Of a DNA stretch of 64,000 nucleotides, positions 31,560-42,800 are shown one piece after another; within the stretch, counting starts at the first letter, position 1; each line of letters begins with the position of its first letter. Where the stretch lies: contig BAAIJX010000019.1 in NCBI GenBank assembly GCA_054600435.1, positions 1 through 64,000 on the forward strand, given 5' to 3'. Below the pieces are notes generated by a model. The model ran no database searches. It saw only the letters and a program-made list of their open reading frames with translations, and was not told the DNA's origin. Origin of the DNA: Neophaeotheca triangularis (taxonomy: Eukaryota). The position numbers were made by a program, and so were the translations under genes.

Positions 31560-33055
31560 ATGGCTCCCAATGCCGTCTGCGTCAGTGCCCCTGGCAAGGT
31601 CCTCCTAGCAGGCGGTTACCTCGTGCTCGACCGCGCATACAACGGTCTCGTCTTTGGCCTTGATGCGAGAATTCATGTGATAGTGCAAGACATTCCCACG
31701 AGCGAAGGTGTCACACTACAAGACATCACAGTCCGGTCGCCTCAGTTCGAAGGTGCAGTGTGGTCGTATGGCTACCGCCTTGGCGAAAAGGACGGTGGCA
31801 TTGAAGTGACCCAACTCAGAGCGTAAGTGTTGCTGATGGTTCACGCTTTCTTTTCAAAAAAAGAAGAATTTTCCGCGTTCAAAGTCCACCGCTCTTCTCT
31901 GTCCCCAGCGAGCCCCTACTTACCACCTGCTGTCCACATAGAGACGCAGACTTCAAGCTAAACCGCAACCCCTTTGTCGAGACTGCGCTAGCATACGCAC
32001 TAAGCTACGTCTACAACCTCACAGGCGCCAACCTGGGAGCAGCATCCATAACCGTCCTAGCCGACAACGACTACTACTCGACCCCGGAAGAACTCGACGC
32101 CAATGGCAAGACCCGTTTCCACAACTTTGGCGTCCCCTTGCCACAAGCCCACAAGACCGGCCTGGGATCTTCGGCAGCATTGGTAACCTCTTTCATCGCA
32201 GCCGTGCTCTCTTACTACCTCCCAAAAGAAACTTTTCACCTTTCCAACGACGTCGACCAACGCAAACTCCACAACCTCGCCCAAGCCGCCCATTGCGCCG
32301 CCCAAGGGAAAGTGGGCTCGGGCTTCGACGTGGCGAGCGCAGTCTACGGCAGCTGTCTCTACCGCCGCTTCTCCCCGGACATCCTCGCCAGCCACAGCGA
32401 GCCGGGAAGGGCGGGTTTCGGCAAGAAACTCTGTGAGCTTGTCGAGGAGCACTTGACATCCTGGGACACGGAGATTCGTAAGAAGGAAGTGCAGATCCCC
32501 AAAGGCGTGAGGCTCGTCATGTGTGACGTTTCCTGCGGCAGCCAGACGCCGGGGATGGTGAAGAAGATGCTCGCATGGCGGAAAGCGGAGAGCGAGAAGG
32601 CCGAGCAGCTTTGGGGCCAGCTGCACGAGGCGAATGGAAAGTTTGTGCGTGATTTGCGCAATTGTGCCGAAGGTTCTGGCGGTCAGGCGGACATGGAAGA
32701 GCTGCTCAGGAGAGATTTGGCCAGCATTCGCGCGATGGTGAGACAGCTGAGCGACGAAAGCGACGTCTCAGTCGAACCTCCGGCACAGACGAAGCTCCTC
32801 GACGCTTGCGAGCAGATTGAGGGTGTCATTGGGGGAGTTGTTCCCGGTGCGGGGGGTTACGATGCCATTGCGTTGCTGATCAGGGACGACGACAATGTTG
32901 TCGCTGAGCTGAAGAAGCTATTCGCAGGATGGAAATTCACAAACGACAAGGGCGAAAGCGAGGGTAGAGTAAGCATGTTGGGGGTGAGAGAAGAGATGGA
33001 GGGCGTGAAAGTCGAGGCTGTGAATGCTTACGAGGAGTGGCTTCCGTCCAATTAA
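31560..33055 (+). CDS. ERG8: Phosphomevalonate kinase; intron 31823-31941
   Basis: Motifs SAPGKVLLAGGYLVLD, NPFVETAL, HKTGLGSSAAL, AQGKVGSGFDVA and VPGAGGYDAI (GHMP kinase). Confidence 0.96.
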
Positions 33056-33679
33056 TGCGTGCCTTTTCTAAAAGTTCATTTAGGTAGCATGCACATTGGG
33101 GAAAGAAGCAACAGGGTCATGTGGGAATTCGTTCGCACTCGGATTGGACGGTCGTGTATGCAGGGCAATAGCGATGATTAGGAAGGAGAACCTGGAATAT
33201 AATGCGGTTCACCATGGCGTCTGCCAATGCCTCTTGCACTGCAAGTCGAGTCTTGTCACCAAGAGCCGCCCAGCAAGTGTGGCTGAATCGCATTGTTGGC
33301 GATGAGGCAATGATGAGATTGCGCATTTCGCCTCGAGATAATGGTAGAAGATGACAAGCGAGCATCCTTTATAGCGAAATGTCTTCGTGCCATACATTCC
33401 GAAAGTCTCATACACGATGGTCTTCGCACTTCTGCATTCCGAAAAGTGACGATAGAAGTGAAAAGTAACAACAATTCCAAAAAGCCTGCCGTCAACGCCG
33501 ACACTTGACTTATCTACACACACACGGGCTGAGGGGGGTCTTCTTTGGTGACGGAAGCGACGGACAAGCAGGGACTTCCAAGGTTCAGGTTCCTTCGGCC
33601 TTGCACCGCTTCGCTGACTTCCAAGCCTTTTTGCGCCGTTCAACCTAACCCGCCATTTCTCGCCACAACGCAATGAATG

Positions 33680-33697
33680 CTACATAACTACTACTGT

Positions 33698-33753
<56 letters not shown>
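33680..33753 (+). repeat. (CTA)n microsatellite
   Basis: About 18 perfect ACT/CTA units from about 33700, with an imperfect 5' extension. Confidence 0.95.
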
Positions 33754-33754
<1 letters not shown>

Positions 33755-34187
33755 ATACGGTACCTCTCATACACCTACGTTGATATTCACATTTCAGTAA
33801 CTCGTCAACTGTCGCCTTGTCGCAAATAACCATTTGATACTCGACAACGTCAGCGGTGCCCGCTCATATTGAATAGCGCAGTTGGAAAGCTGCCATAATA
33901 ATCTATCCCGTTTATTAAAAGGACTCGGCTCAGCCCCAGGATCCAGCGGACTTTCAAGCCGTGCACGTGCCGGACTCACCTGGAACGACATACCGTCACC
34001 CCCAACTGCATCACTCGACTCGACGTTCGCATTATCACTCTTGTCTCGCTGTCGGCTAGAGAGCGGCAAAAGTGTCGCGAGCTTGCCGCTGCAAATATCA
34101 ATCGCGACCTTACGACTAGTAGGCCGGGCGTAGCACACCACATACACACAAGACCCGTGGCATTGGCGACAACGAGCAACCGCAGCA

Positions 34188-35074
34188 ATGGCTTCGTCAC
34201 GAGGGGCTGACGAGGCACAAGTCGAGACGACCACCACTTCCACTCCTACCCCTGGCATGGACATCTCGCAAGCCCAACCCCATCGAACAGACGCCGACGC
34301 CGACAACACCGGGGCTCCCTCCTCCACCCCCGTCGAGATGAGCACTCTGCAATCACAACAACAGCAGCAGCAGCAGCAGCAGCAGCAAGGCAGCGCCAAC
34401 CCCACCGACACCACCACATCCGCTGAACCCCAACAAACCACCTCCCAACACGCCCCCCTCACCCGCGCCCAAACCGAAGCCCTCGGCCCCAGCACCGACG
34501 GCCCCATTCCCCTCGCCCCTAGCAACTCCGACCGCGGCCCAACCCTCTCAATCTCTCTCATGCTAATAACCGGCGCCCGTCACCCGTATAAAATCGACAG
34601 CAAATACTTGCGAAACCGCAACGTCGCGGTGGGCAAGCGCTCTTCCCAGGACGGCAGCACCGTGGATCCGCGAGAGGTGTTGAGCGGGTACAAATTGAAA
34701 GAGCTGATCTGGACGGATTGGAGGACCGAGTGGGAGCCTAGACCCGCTAGCCCGAGTTCGATTCGACTCATTATCATGGGCAGGATGTTGGATGATAAGG
34801 CGTTGTTGAAGGGTATGTTGTTCCCATCCTGCGATTCTCCTTCTCTCCACCGGCGACTTGCTCGGCCTAGACTCGTTTTCATTGGCTGACTTTGCGTTGC
34901 GTGATAGATTTCCCCTTCTCCCTCGAAACAGTCAATGTAGTCCACATGACCGTCAAGCCTGCCGACCTCGTTGATGACGAGGCCGAAGCGACGGGCAAAG
35001 GCCCCGGGAAGAGTAGTCTCAGGGGCCGGGATGGCGAGGACGGGGGCGCCGGGTGTAGGTGTGTTATCCTGTAA
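34188..35074 (+). CDS. UBL3/MUB-like membrane-anchored ubiquitin-fold protein with a C-terminal CaaX; intron 34813-34907
   Basis: Motifs LMLITGARHPYKID, YKLKELIWTDW..EW..RP.SPSSIRLI..GRMLDDK and NVVHMTVKP; ends GCRCVIL*. N-terminal polyQ. Confidence 0.88.
34352..34388 (+). repeat. CAA/CAG repeat encoding polyQ in the UBL3-like gene
   Basis: caacaa(cag)8caa in frame. Confidence 0.9.
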
Positions 35075-36259
35075 ATGCCTACCTGCACTTGGGAGGGGGC
35101 CGGAGTGGTGCGTGGGAGATCGGGATGGGCTGTGGTCTGGACGTTCGATCGGAGCGACTTTGTGAATCGGGTGCCGTGCAGACTACGACTGCGTCACCAA
35201 TTCTCCGCAATGGGCCGCAGTGCGCAGCGAGACGCACGAAAAACTAGACGAAGACGTCAGACAACGGCGAGACGGAAAACAAGAACAAGTGGGTGAACGG
35301 CGCGCTACGGAGTCAACTGGGCGTTTCCTCTACCAAACAAGCGAACCTAGGGGCAGGTGGGTGGGCATCAAAGGTATCTGGCGTTTCTCTCGTTCGGAAG
35401 TCCCCTTCCTACTGGCTAGGAAGAACGGTGTGGGTGTTTGCGGATTTTACTACGTGCCTTTTGACTTGATGGATGGCTAAGGTTGCTTTTCCGGGTCGGC
35501 GGGGGCGAAACTGTCATTTACGGCTTATGTCGGTTTGCACATTCACGGTGATAAACTGTTTCCGTCTTGTCTGCTTTGATATCTAAGTCCTTGAAAGCGG
35601 ATGTTTATGTTCGCCGTTGCCGTTGTAAAGGGATTGGCTCGATCCTCTAACCCCCCTCCTGTGATGATAGTCGCTCAACTCGGCGAACGGGAGGCTAGAA
35701 ATTCTTCCCGTGGTCTTTGCGAGCACGTCGCGGGCGACTCCTTGTCTACCGGGACTGTCGCTGGTTTTGGAACGTCGTGGGTCGCACTACTACTATGGTC
35801 ACGAGCTCTTGCTTGTCGTATGCCAGATTCTTGTGGCTCTTGCTTGGGGCTTCGTAGGTGAGAGCGAGATGTCCTGGTCTTTTTTCGGATCATGTTTGAT
35901 GGTCCTCCGGTGACTGATAGGTGGAGGTTTTCTGGGATCTAGGCTAGGTTTTTATATGGTTAGCAGGGGGTGTAATGTGCGACGTCCGGGTATAATATCT
36001 TGACGTGGTGGGGCGTGGTGCGCGCGAGAGAAGTGGTGAACGCAGGTCCAACGGCAGTGTAGGGGAATGTTTGGTGGTTGTATCAAGTACTTTGCTTGTC
36101 ACCCTATGCTCTCTCTCCGCGTGCAATGCTAGGATACACTGTGAAGCCATGAAACCACTGTTGTACATCCGAATCTCCCCCTCGCCACACCCTGATGAGC
36201 GCCAACAGCCCTCCCCATCAAGCAACAGCATCCATATACTCCCCTAAAACCCCATCCAT

Positions 36260-36789
36260 CTACCACTGCATGCCACCCCTGACCTCCATCTCGGTGTGAA
36301 AGTCCACCTCCCTGCCCACCACCGACTCCATACCCCCCGGGTAAACATCCTCCCAATCCACCGTCCCATCTCTCCCCTCCAAAATCTCACTATGAACCCC
36401 CGCCGCTCCTCCCAGCTGCGCAGGCCTCCACTCGCCAGCCCTCACAATCTGCAATTCCATACCGCGCCGCACGGGCTCCGCGATGCCGAACTGGCGCCGC
36501 AGCAGCGTGGCCTTGAGTTCGTCTTGTTGGGAGCGCCAGTTTGCCAGGCGCGCTTCGAGGGGGTGCGTGCTCGTGGTTTGCGAGGTTTTGGTGCTGCTGG
36601 CTTTGGGGGCTGGCGTGGTGAGGGCGAGGTTCGAGCGCAGGGTGTCGTGGACGCCGGGGGCGGAGGGGGCGCCTGGCGCCGCTTGGGTGGTTTTCGAGGG
36701 CGTTGTGTCTGGGACTATGCGGAGGGACTTTTGGGGATGGGTTAGTGAGGCGTGGGTTTGGATTGGGGTGGGTTGGGGTGGCGTACCAT
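36260..36789 (-). CDS. UMP1: Proteasome maturation factor Ump1; the coding part of exon 1 is the ATG only (36789-36787); intron 36786-36728
   Basis: ATG|GTACGC..CTAAC..AAG|TCCCTCCGC gives MSLRIVP, followed by SAPGVHDTLR, HPLEARL.NW, LRRQFGIAEPVRRGME, HSEILEGRD..DWEDVY and FHTEME. Confidence 0.9.
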
Positions 36790-37560
36790 GTTGGCTGGGG
36801 TTTGATGGTTCTGTGGGTTCGGTAGTTGGTTGGTTCAAGTAGCGGAGTGGTTTTGTTGGTTGTTCCGTTTGTTCGATGCTGTGGGTTGAGGTGTTGTTTG
36901 TGGAGTGGTAGCTGACTGGGTACTACAGGTGCTAGGTAGGCAGCTCATCTACACGTGCAGCTCGATGATGGCCGGGGTGCACTAGCGCGGAATTGCAACT
37001 TCTCAAACCCTTACCCTTAAGGTTCACTGCCACCTTTGAACGCGATGGGGTCTTTACCTTGATTACTAGTGTAATTGGACACGCAACCGGGGCGGCGTTG
37101 TTGTTATTCTCCAGAAACATAGCAGTATTATAAGTTAGAGTAGGCAGTCTAGACATGTATCCGACAAATATGACAATCCACGCCAAATGCTTACGAGCGA
37201 CTAAGCTCTAGCTAGACATACTTGCCTGCAAGCGTAAGTATCACTCGTGCTATTCAAAAATCGCAATCTAAGCCAATCTGTGTTCGTCTGACACGAGGGT
37301 CGCAAGTAAATCATCAACACTGGTACGTAGCAGAGTAATAACTAATGGGTATAGAGAATGACAGACTCTTGAACGTGAAAGGGGTATCGCTTGTCCAGAA
37401 AAAGCCCAAGGTCCGAGCGCCACAATCCCGCAACCACTCTCTCGAGTTCGCAACCATAAGTCAAAAGAAACGGTCGTCTCACAACCAAGCGAAAAGACGA
37501 AAAGACTTTACTTCCAACCCCCGACGTTCACATCACCCGACCCTCAAAACAGAGCACACC

Positions 37561-38985
37561 TCACCCCCTCTCGAAGTGCGTACTAACATGGAACTGCACC
37601 GCTCGCTCATCGCCCTCAAAAACCCCACAAACGGGACATTTTGCCGACGACGAGCTGAACTTGAGTGGATCGGGCATTAAGTTACTATCCTGCTGCTCCT
37701 GGTTGTGAGCTGAGTACTCCGTAGCCGGCGTGTGCTGCGTATAGTGGCTGCTACCAGTGCTGCTCGCGCGGTTGGGGTTCGGGCTACTGCTGGAGGAGAC
37801 TGCGGCGCCTGGCTGGGTCGGATAGTATGGTTGGTACTGCTGTGGTTGGCCGGTATAGTTGTGGTTGGAGGGGGCCTCGGATGAGGGTTCTTGATGTCGA
37901 GGCTCGAGTGTTAGGTCGCCTGGAAGTTCAGAGCGGAAGGAGGTGCCGGCTTGATTTGGGGGCTGGGTGTAAGGTTGTTTCTCGCCGGCGTAGAGTTGGG
38001 TTTGCCGAAAGTGTTGGGGCGTGTGCTGGTAGGAGCCTTCCATTTCTGCTGGGCCGAATTGTAGTTGGGGCTCGTAGGGTTTATAGGTAGGGGTTGGTTG
38101 GTGGCTGTAGCGATGGGAGGGGTTGGAGGGCCCGTTGAATTGGTTGTTGTGCTGAGCGGAAGAGTGTGAGTGATGTGGCGGGGCTTGTTGACTTTGTCGT
38201 CGGTCAAGCGCGACTTCGTAGTAGTTGCCATATTTGGGTTTTGGCAAATGGTTCGTGTCTGTTGATGGCCGCGATGACTGGGAGTATGAGGCATGCTGGA
38301 GCCGTGGGCTACCTGGCGGGCTACCGACGGGTCCTAAGCCAGGCGAAGGTAGATTGTCCACGGTTCCAACGGATGGTGACAGGATGGAGTCACTGTTGTC
38401 GGTGCGGATATTAGGGTTCACCGTCTTCAGTCTGCCCTGCTCGAACAGAGCTTGTAAACGCCCCTCATCCAATAGCTCCGCCTTTCGCACAAGCCTCTCC
38501 ACCATGGCATGAGCGGCTGCCTTCATCTCTTTCTTAACAAACGACGTCAGAGCCACATTTGCGACAATCTCTACATCCTCTCTCAGATAAAGACCTTCCC
38601 TAGGCGTTTCAGTTCCCAGCTCCCTTTCCTCCTTTGGCTCCCCCGGCTGATTTCCTCGCACCTGCCACTTGTTGCGCAAATCAATCCCCATGGGTATGTA
38701 GGTGTGAGTCTGTAATCCCCAAGGCATATCGTGGAAAACACCCTTGAAGCTGATCTTCTTGTTCATGCCAAAGCCGAAGTTGATCTTCTCGTAGATCTCG
38801 TACCATTGCGCAAAATACTCGTCCGCGGCGGCATCTTTGGGTGCCTTAATCGGCGTATAACCAGTGACGAGTGGGTTCAATTCTATAATCTCGCCATGGG
38901 AGTGCAGCATATCCAGCGCCAGCTGGCGCGGTATCTGCGAGGGCAGAGGTGTGATTTTGGTATAGACCGTCTTTTTGGCCATCAT
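37561..38985 (-). CDS. DUF7053-like N-terminal domain, long Q/P/S-rich disordered region and a C-terminal C2H2 (UBZ-like) finger
   Basis: N-terminus TKITPLPSQIPRQLALDMLHSHGEIIELNPLV..GLYLREDV; C-terminus CPVCGVFEGDERAVQFHVSTHF. The family assignment is from memory of fungal homologues. Confidence 0.7.
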   Translation of the reverse strand: MMAKKTVYTKITPLPSQIPRQLALDMLHSHGEIIELNPLVTGYTPIKAPKDAAADEYFAQWYEIYEKINFGFGMNKKISFKGVFHDMPWGLQTHTYIPMGIDLRNKWQVRGNQPGEPKEERELGTETPREGLYLREDVEIVANVALTSFVKKEMKAAAHAMVERLVRKAELLDEGRLQALFEQGRLKTVNPNIRTDNSDSILSPSVGTVDNLPSPGLGPVGSPPGSPRLQHASYSQSSRPSTDTNHLPKPKYGNYYEVALDRRQSQQAPPHHSHSSAQHNNQFNGPSNPSHRYSHQPTPTYKPYEPQLQFGPAEMEGSYQHTPQHFRQTQLYAGEKQPYTQPPNQAGTSFRSELPGDLTLEPRHQEPSSEAPSNHNYTGQPQQYQPYYPTQPGAAVSSSSSPNPNRASSTGSSHYTQHTPATEYSAHNQEQQDSNLMPDPLKFSSSSAKCPVCGVFEGDERAVQFHVSTHFERG

Positions 38986-39828
38986 TGCGGGCAGTCCTGA
39001 TCGCGGAGGCTCGGTGGGTTCAGCAGAGGTATCTGTGATGTTATGCGACAAAATCAAGAGGGAATGAGAAGGCAACCGATAACCAAGTGCCCCAAGTAAG
39101 TGAGATCGCGCAGTCGTACCTACACCTCCAGTCGGGTACGTGAAGACCCGGACTGTTGTACCAAGCCGTATTACTTGTAAGAGGCTGGTCTGAGCCGCCA
39201 GGGATTACGCTGTCTCGCTGCTCGTTACCACATCAGCTCACCTCAAGTCTTACTCTTAACCCCTTGGCGGCCAGTGAAGCTTCCCACGGGTCACTAAAAA
39301 CGTTCGAAACGTGCCAAATATGACCGTAGTAGCTTCGACATGGCTCTCGCCAAGTCTCAAGGGGGTTGTGGAGTGGTAGTGTAAGGGTAGATGACGGCGA
39401 GAGTTTGTTAGTCTACCTAGGTATTGATTTAGAACCACCCGCCGCCCATCTTGCTGCCACTGCCGAAGCACCGAAGGTACATGTACCTAGCTAGCTTATT
39501 CAGAAGCCAATCACATGCTACTATTCTGTTGTTGCCTCACATATCAGGTGTCCATGGAGCTCCTTCCACGCGACGCGTTTGGACGTCAACTTTCTCGAAA
39601 CACTTGACCAAGAACGAGCAGTAAACTTACGACATACCACCATCGCCATTCCTTCCCTACTAACACCCATACAGCTGAACAGGGCCAACAATACAGTCCA
39701 TCTAATCGTCTCTCTTTTCCACGAACAAAGCCTAGGGAATCGACCCCTGAGCTCCGACAACTCTACCACCTTTCCCCATCTCGAACCCTTATCGATGGAA
39801 GCAACCGCAAGGTAGCGTACTTGTCAAC

Positions 39829-42800
39829 ATGGAGGACCCCGTGGTCCAGGGCGTCAATGGTGTTGCCAACGGTACGCCGGCTGCACCAGCATCCACCTCA
39901 GTCGACCCGCAAACCGTCGTCCAGTATCTCAAAAGTGTACTCGAGGTCACATTAGGAGCTACTGAGGAGGAGCTTACTGCCCCTGGGAGTCTACTTCACA
40001 CATCATCACACAGCGACACAATCAGCAGATGTCAAAGATTTGCCCTAGAGTCTCAATCAGGCCTCTATGTGCTCAAGGAAGATGCGCCAGGACAAGGCTT
40101 GCAGGGGGATGCGAATGGGTCAGAGATTCGAGCTACGTTCAGCTTGAATACTGAGATATCCTACACCCCCCGGACGGTGGGTTGTGTCGCTTTTCTCAAA
40201 CGTCCGGCGCCAATATCGACCGACACCCCTCTCAGCAGGCAGGTGTCTGTTGTGAATCTGCCCCTTTCTGGTCTGGTAGGTTCGACGGAAAATGCTGGAG
40301 CGTCGCCTTATGAATCCTTACACGCCCTCGTCCGAGGAGCACTGGCGCCCTTCTTCGAGGCCGCGGCGAGAGACACCGAGCCTTCTGACGATAAGATCCG
40401 AAATGGAGACGCCAAGACGGGGATAACAGGAACAAGAAAGAGACTTGCGGACCTGGAAATGAGCCTGCTGCATCTTCAACAAAACAGCGAGGTACCACAG
40501 CTTATACTTCAGATTCACGAGTCGGTGCAAATGCAATTGAGGGAGGCGGATGGTGACTGGCAACTAGCTGCTGGTCAGATACCGGAGGATGTGATCAATG
40601 ATAGCCCCTTCTTGAACAAGTTGCAGGGCATGGCCATCGAATGGATTAGGCAGATACGCGAGTTCACAAAACTCACAGACGAACGACCTGTTGGGACGGC
40701 AACTCAAGAAAAAAGCTTCTGGCTGGCTATGGAAGCTGCGATTGAGGGCATCGAAGGGCAGCTTGCCGGACCTGGAGTGCAGCTGAGCATGAAGGTGTTG
40801 GAGAAGGCCAAGCGACACAGCATCACTGCAAGCTTTCAGTCAGACACGGGCCTCAAGGAAGCAAAGGAGAAGGTACAGCGGTACAATCAGCTCTTCAACG
40901 GGTTCCCGATCGAGGAAATGTTATCGGCGACATCGGCAGAGAAGCTTAGGGACAGCCTGGACGCCGTCTTCAATCATCTCAATCGAAAATTGCGCATCTG
41001 CAACTACCCAATTAAGCGAGCCCTGCCTCTTGTTGAAGCAATATCAGCGGATCTGGACAGTAGATTGCACGACCTCCTCCATGGCCGCGCGTTGATGCAC
41101 TTGAGTTACCAAGACTTCCAGCGAGTAATAGGGCAAGTTGACGAAGTGTGGGCCTTTTGGGACGAGCAAACCAAAGAGTTCACCAACGTCGCCCGCGATG
41201 TCATTCGGCGGAGGAACAACGAGAAATTTATGCCCATCAAATTCGCCAAGCGACACGCAAAGACACAAGATCGCCTAGACTACATTGAGACTTTCCGGAC
41301 AAACCATGAACAGCTCCAGAGAACCATCATCAACGTCTTGGGCCCCGAGGACGATGCAGGCGAGGAGACAGCACGGCCTGTGATCATCGAGGAGATGGGC
41401 GACGTCGACGCGGTGGAGGAGATCGCAGAAGCCTACAGCGTCGTCAAAGATGTAGACGTACTCGACATATCACCGGAAGGCGAGCGCTTGTGGGCGCAAG
41501 CAGAGGCTGCATACGATGAGCGAACAGCTCGCGTTGAGAACTCCATCATTGCGCGTTTACGAGACCGGCTAGCGGTTGCAAAAACTGCAAACGAAATGTT
41601 CCGAGTCTTCTCGAAGTTCAATGCTCTCTTTGTCAGGCCCAAGATTCGAGGCGCAATCGCCGAATACCAGTCGCAACTCATCAACAACGTCAGGGACGAC
41701 ATAGAAGCTCTACAACATCGCTTCACCCACCAGTATGGCCACTCTGAATCGCATGCTATGGCGCAGCTCCACGACGTTCCTCCGATATCTGGTGCCATTA
41801 TCCGTGCACGGCAGATAGAACGGCAACTGAACGGGTACATGAGCAAGGTTGAAGACATTCTTGGCTCAAAGTGGGCTGAGCACGTTGAGGGTCAGAGGCT
41901 CTACCAGACAGGCGAGCTGTTCCGGCGAAAACTGGACACGAGGCCCATATACGATGATTGGCTCCGAGACATGCAGCGCAAACAACTTACAATTTCGGGT
42001 CGCCTCTTTGCTATCAGCCAAAACCGAGCGCATGGCAACCAGCTAGAGCTACACGTGAACTTTGACTCGCAGGTAATCACCTTGTTCAAAGAGGTCCGCA
42101 ATCTTCTGTGGCTCAACTTCAACGTCCCTCATCCCATCAGCAACGTCTCCAAGGAGGCACGGAGAGTCTACCCTTTTGCGGTCAGCTTGATGGAGAGCTT
42201 GAATACATACCATCAGATCAATCTTGCGATCGAGAACATGGCGGACGTTTCCATTTTGCTCAGCAACTATCGCAATGTTGTGCAATCACTCATCGCCAAA
42301 GGCGCTCCTCTTCGATGGGACACGTTTGTCCTCGCTTACGAAGTACATGTCCGGCACGCACCAGAAGACGGCTCCAACCGCTCCTCAGGCGACGACAAGC
42401 TCCACGTACAGTTTGTTCGTGACTTAGGCAACTCCATTGTGACGCTGCAGAGCAAAGTGTCAAGCCTGAACTCGATCCAGGCAAGCGCGAACACCGCATT
42501 GCAAGAGCTGCAGTCGTGCCCGTTCACTTTCGACGGCTTCCGTATCCCTCTGGAAGCTGTTCAACGTGCCGTCGACCAGCTGAACCTGGAGTCCTACGCC
42601 AATATCGCCTACTGGGTGTCTGCAACGGACAAGAAAGTCATTGAGCTGCTACATGGTCGACTACAGCAAGCTCTGAAGGATTGGACGGAGGATTTCGATC
42701 ATATTGTCGAAGACGAAAGGCCCACAAGCAAAGATAGCAGCCTCCCGCAGATCGCAACCTTCCAGCATGACATTGTCATGCAAAACCAGACTATTCAACT

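Noticed and set aside
33310..33460. ATGATGA ... CCGA as a box C/D snoRNA
   Set aside because: No canonical CTGA D box or terminal stem, and I cannot identify an rRNA-complementary guide.
31560..35074. Functional link between ERG8 (isoprenoid supply) and the adjacent prenylated UBL3
   Set aside because: Adjacency only; no shared promoter or other evidence.
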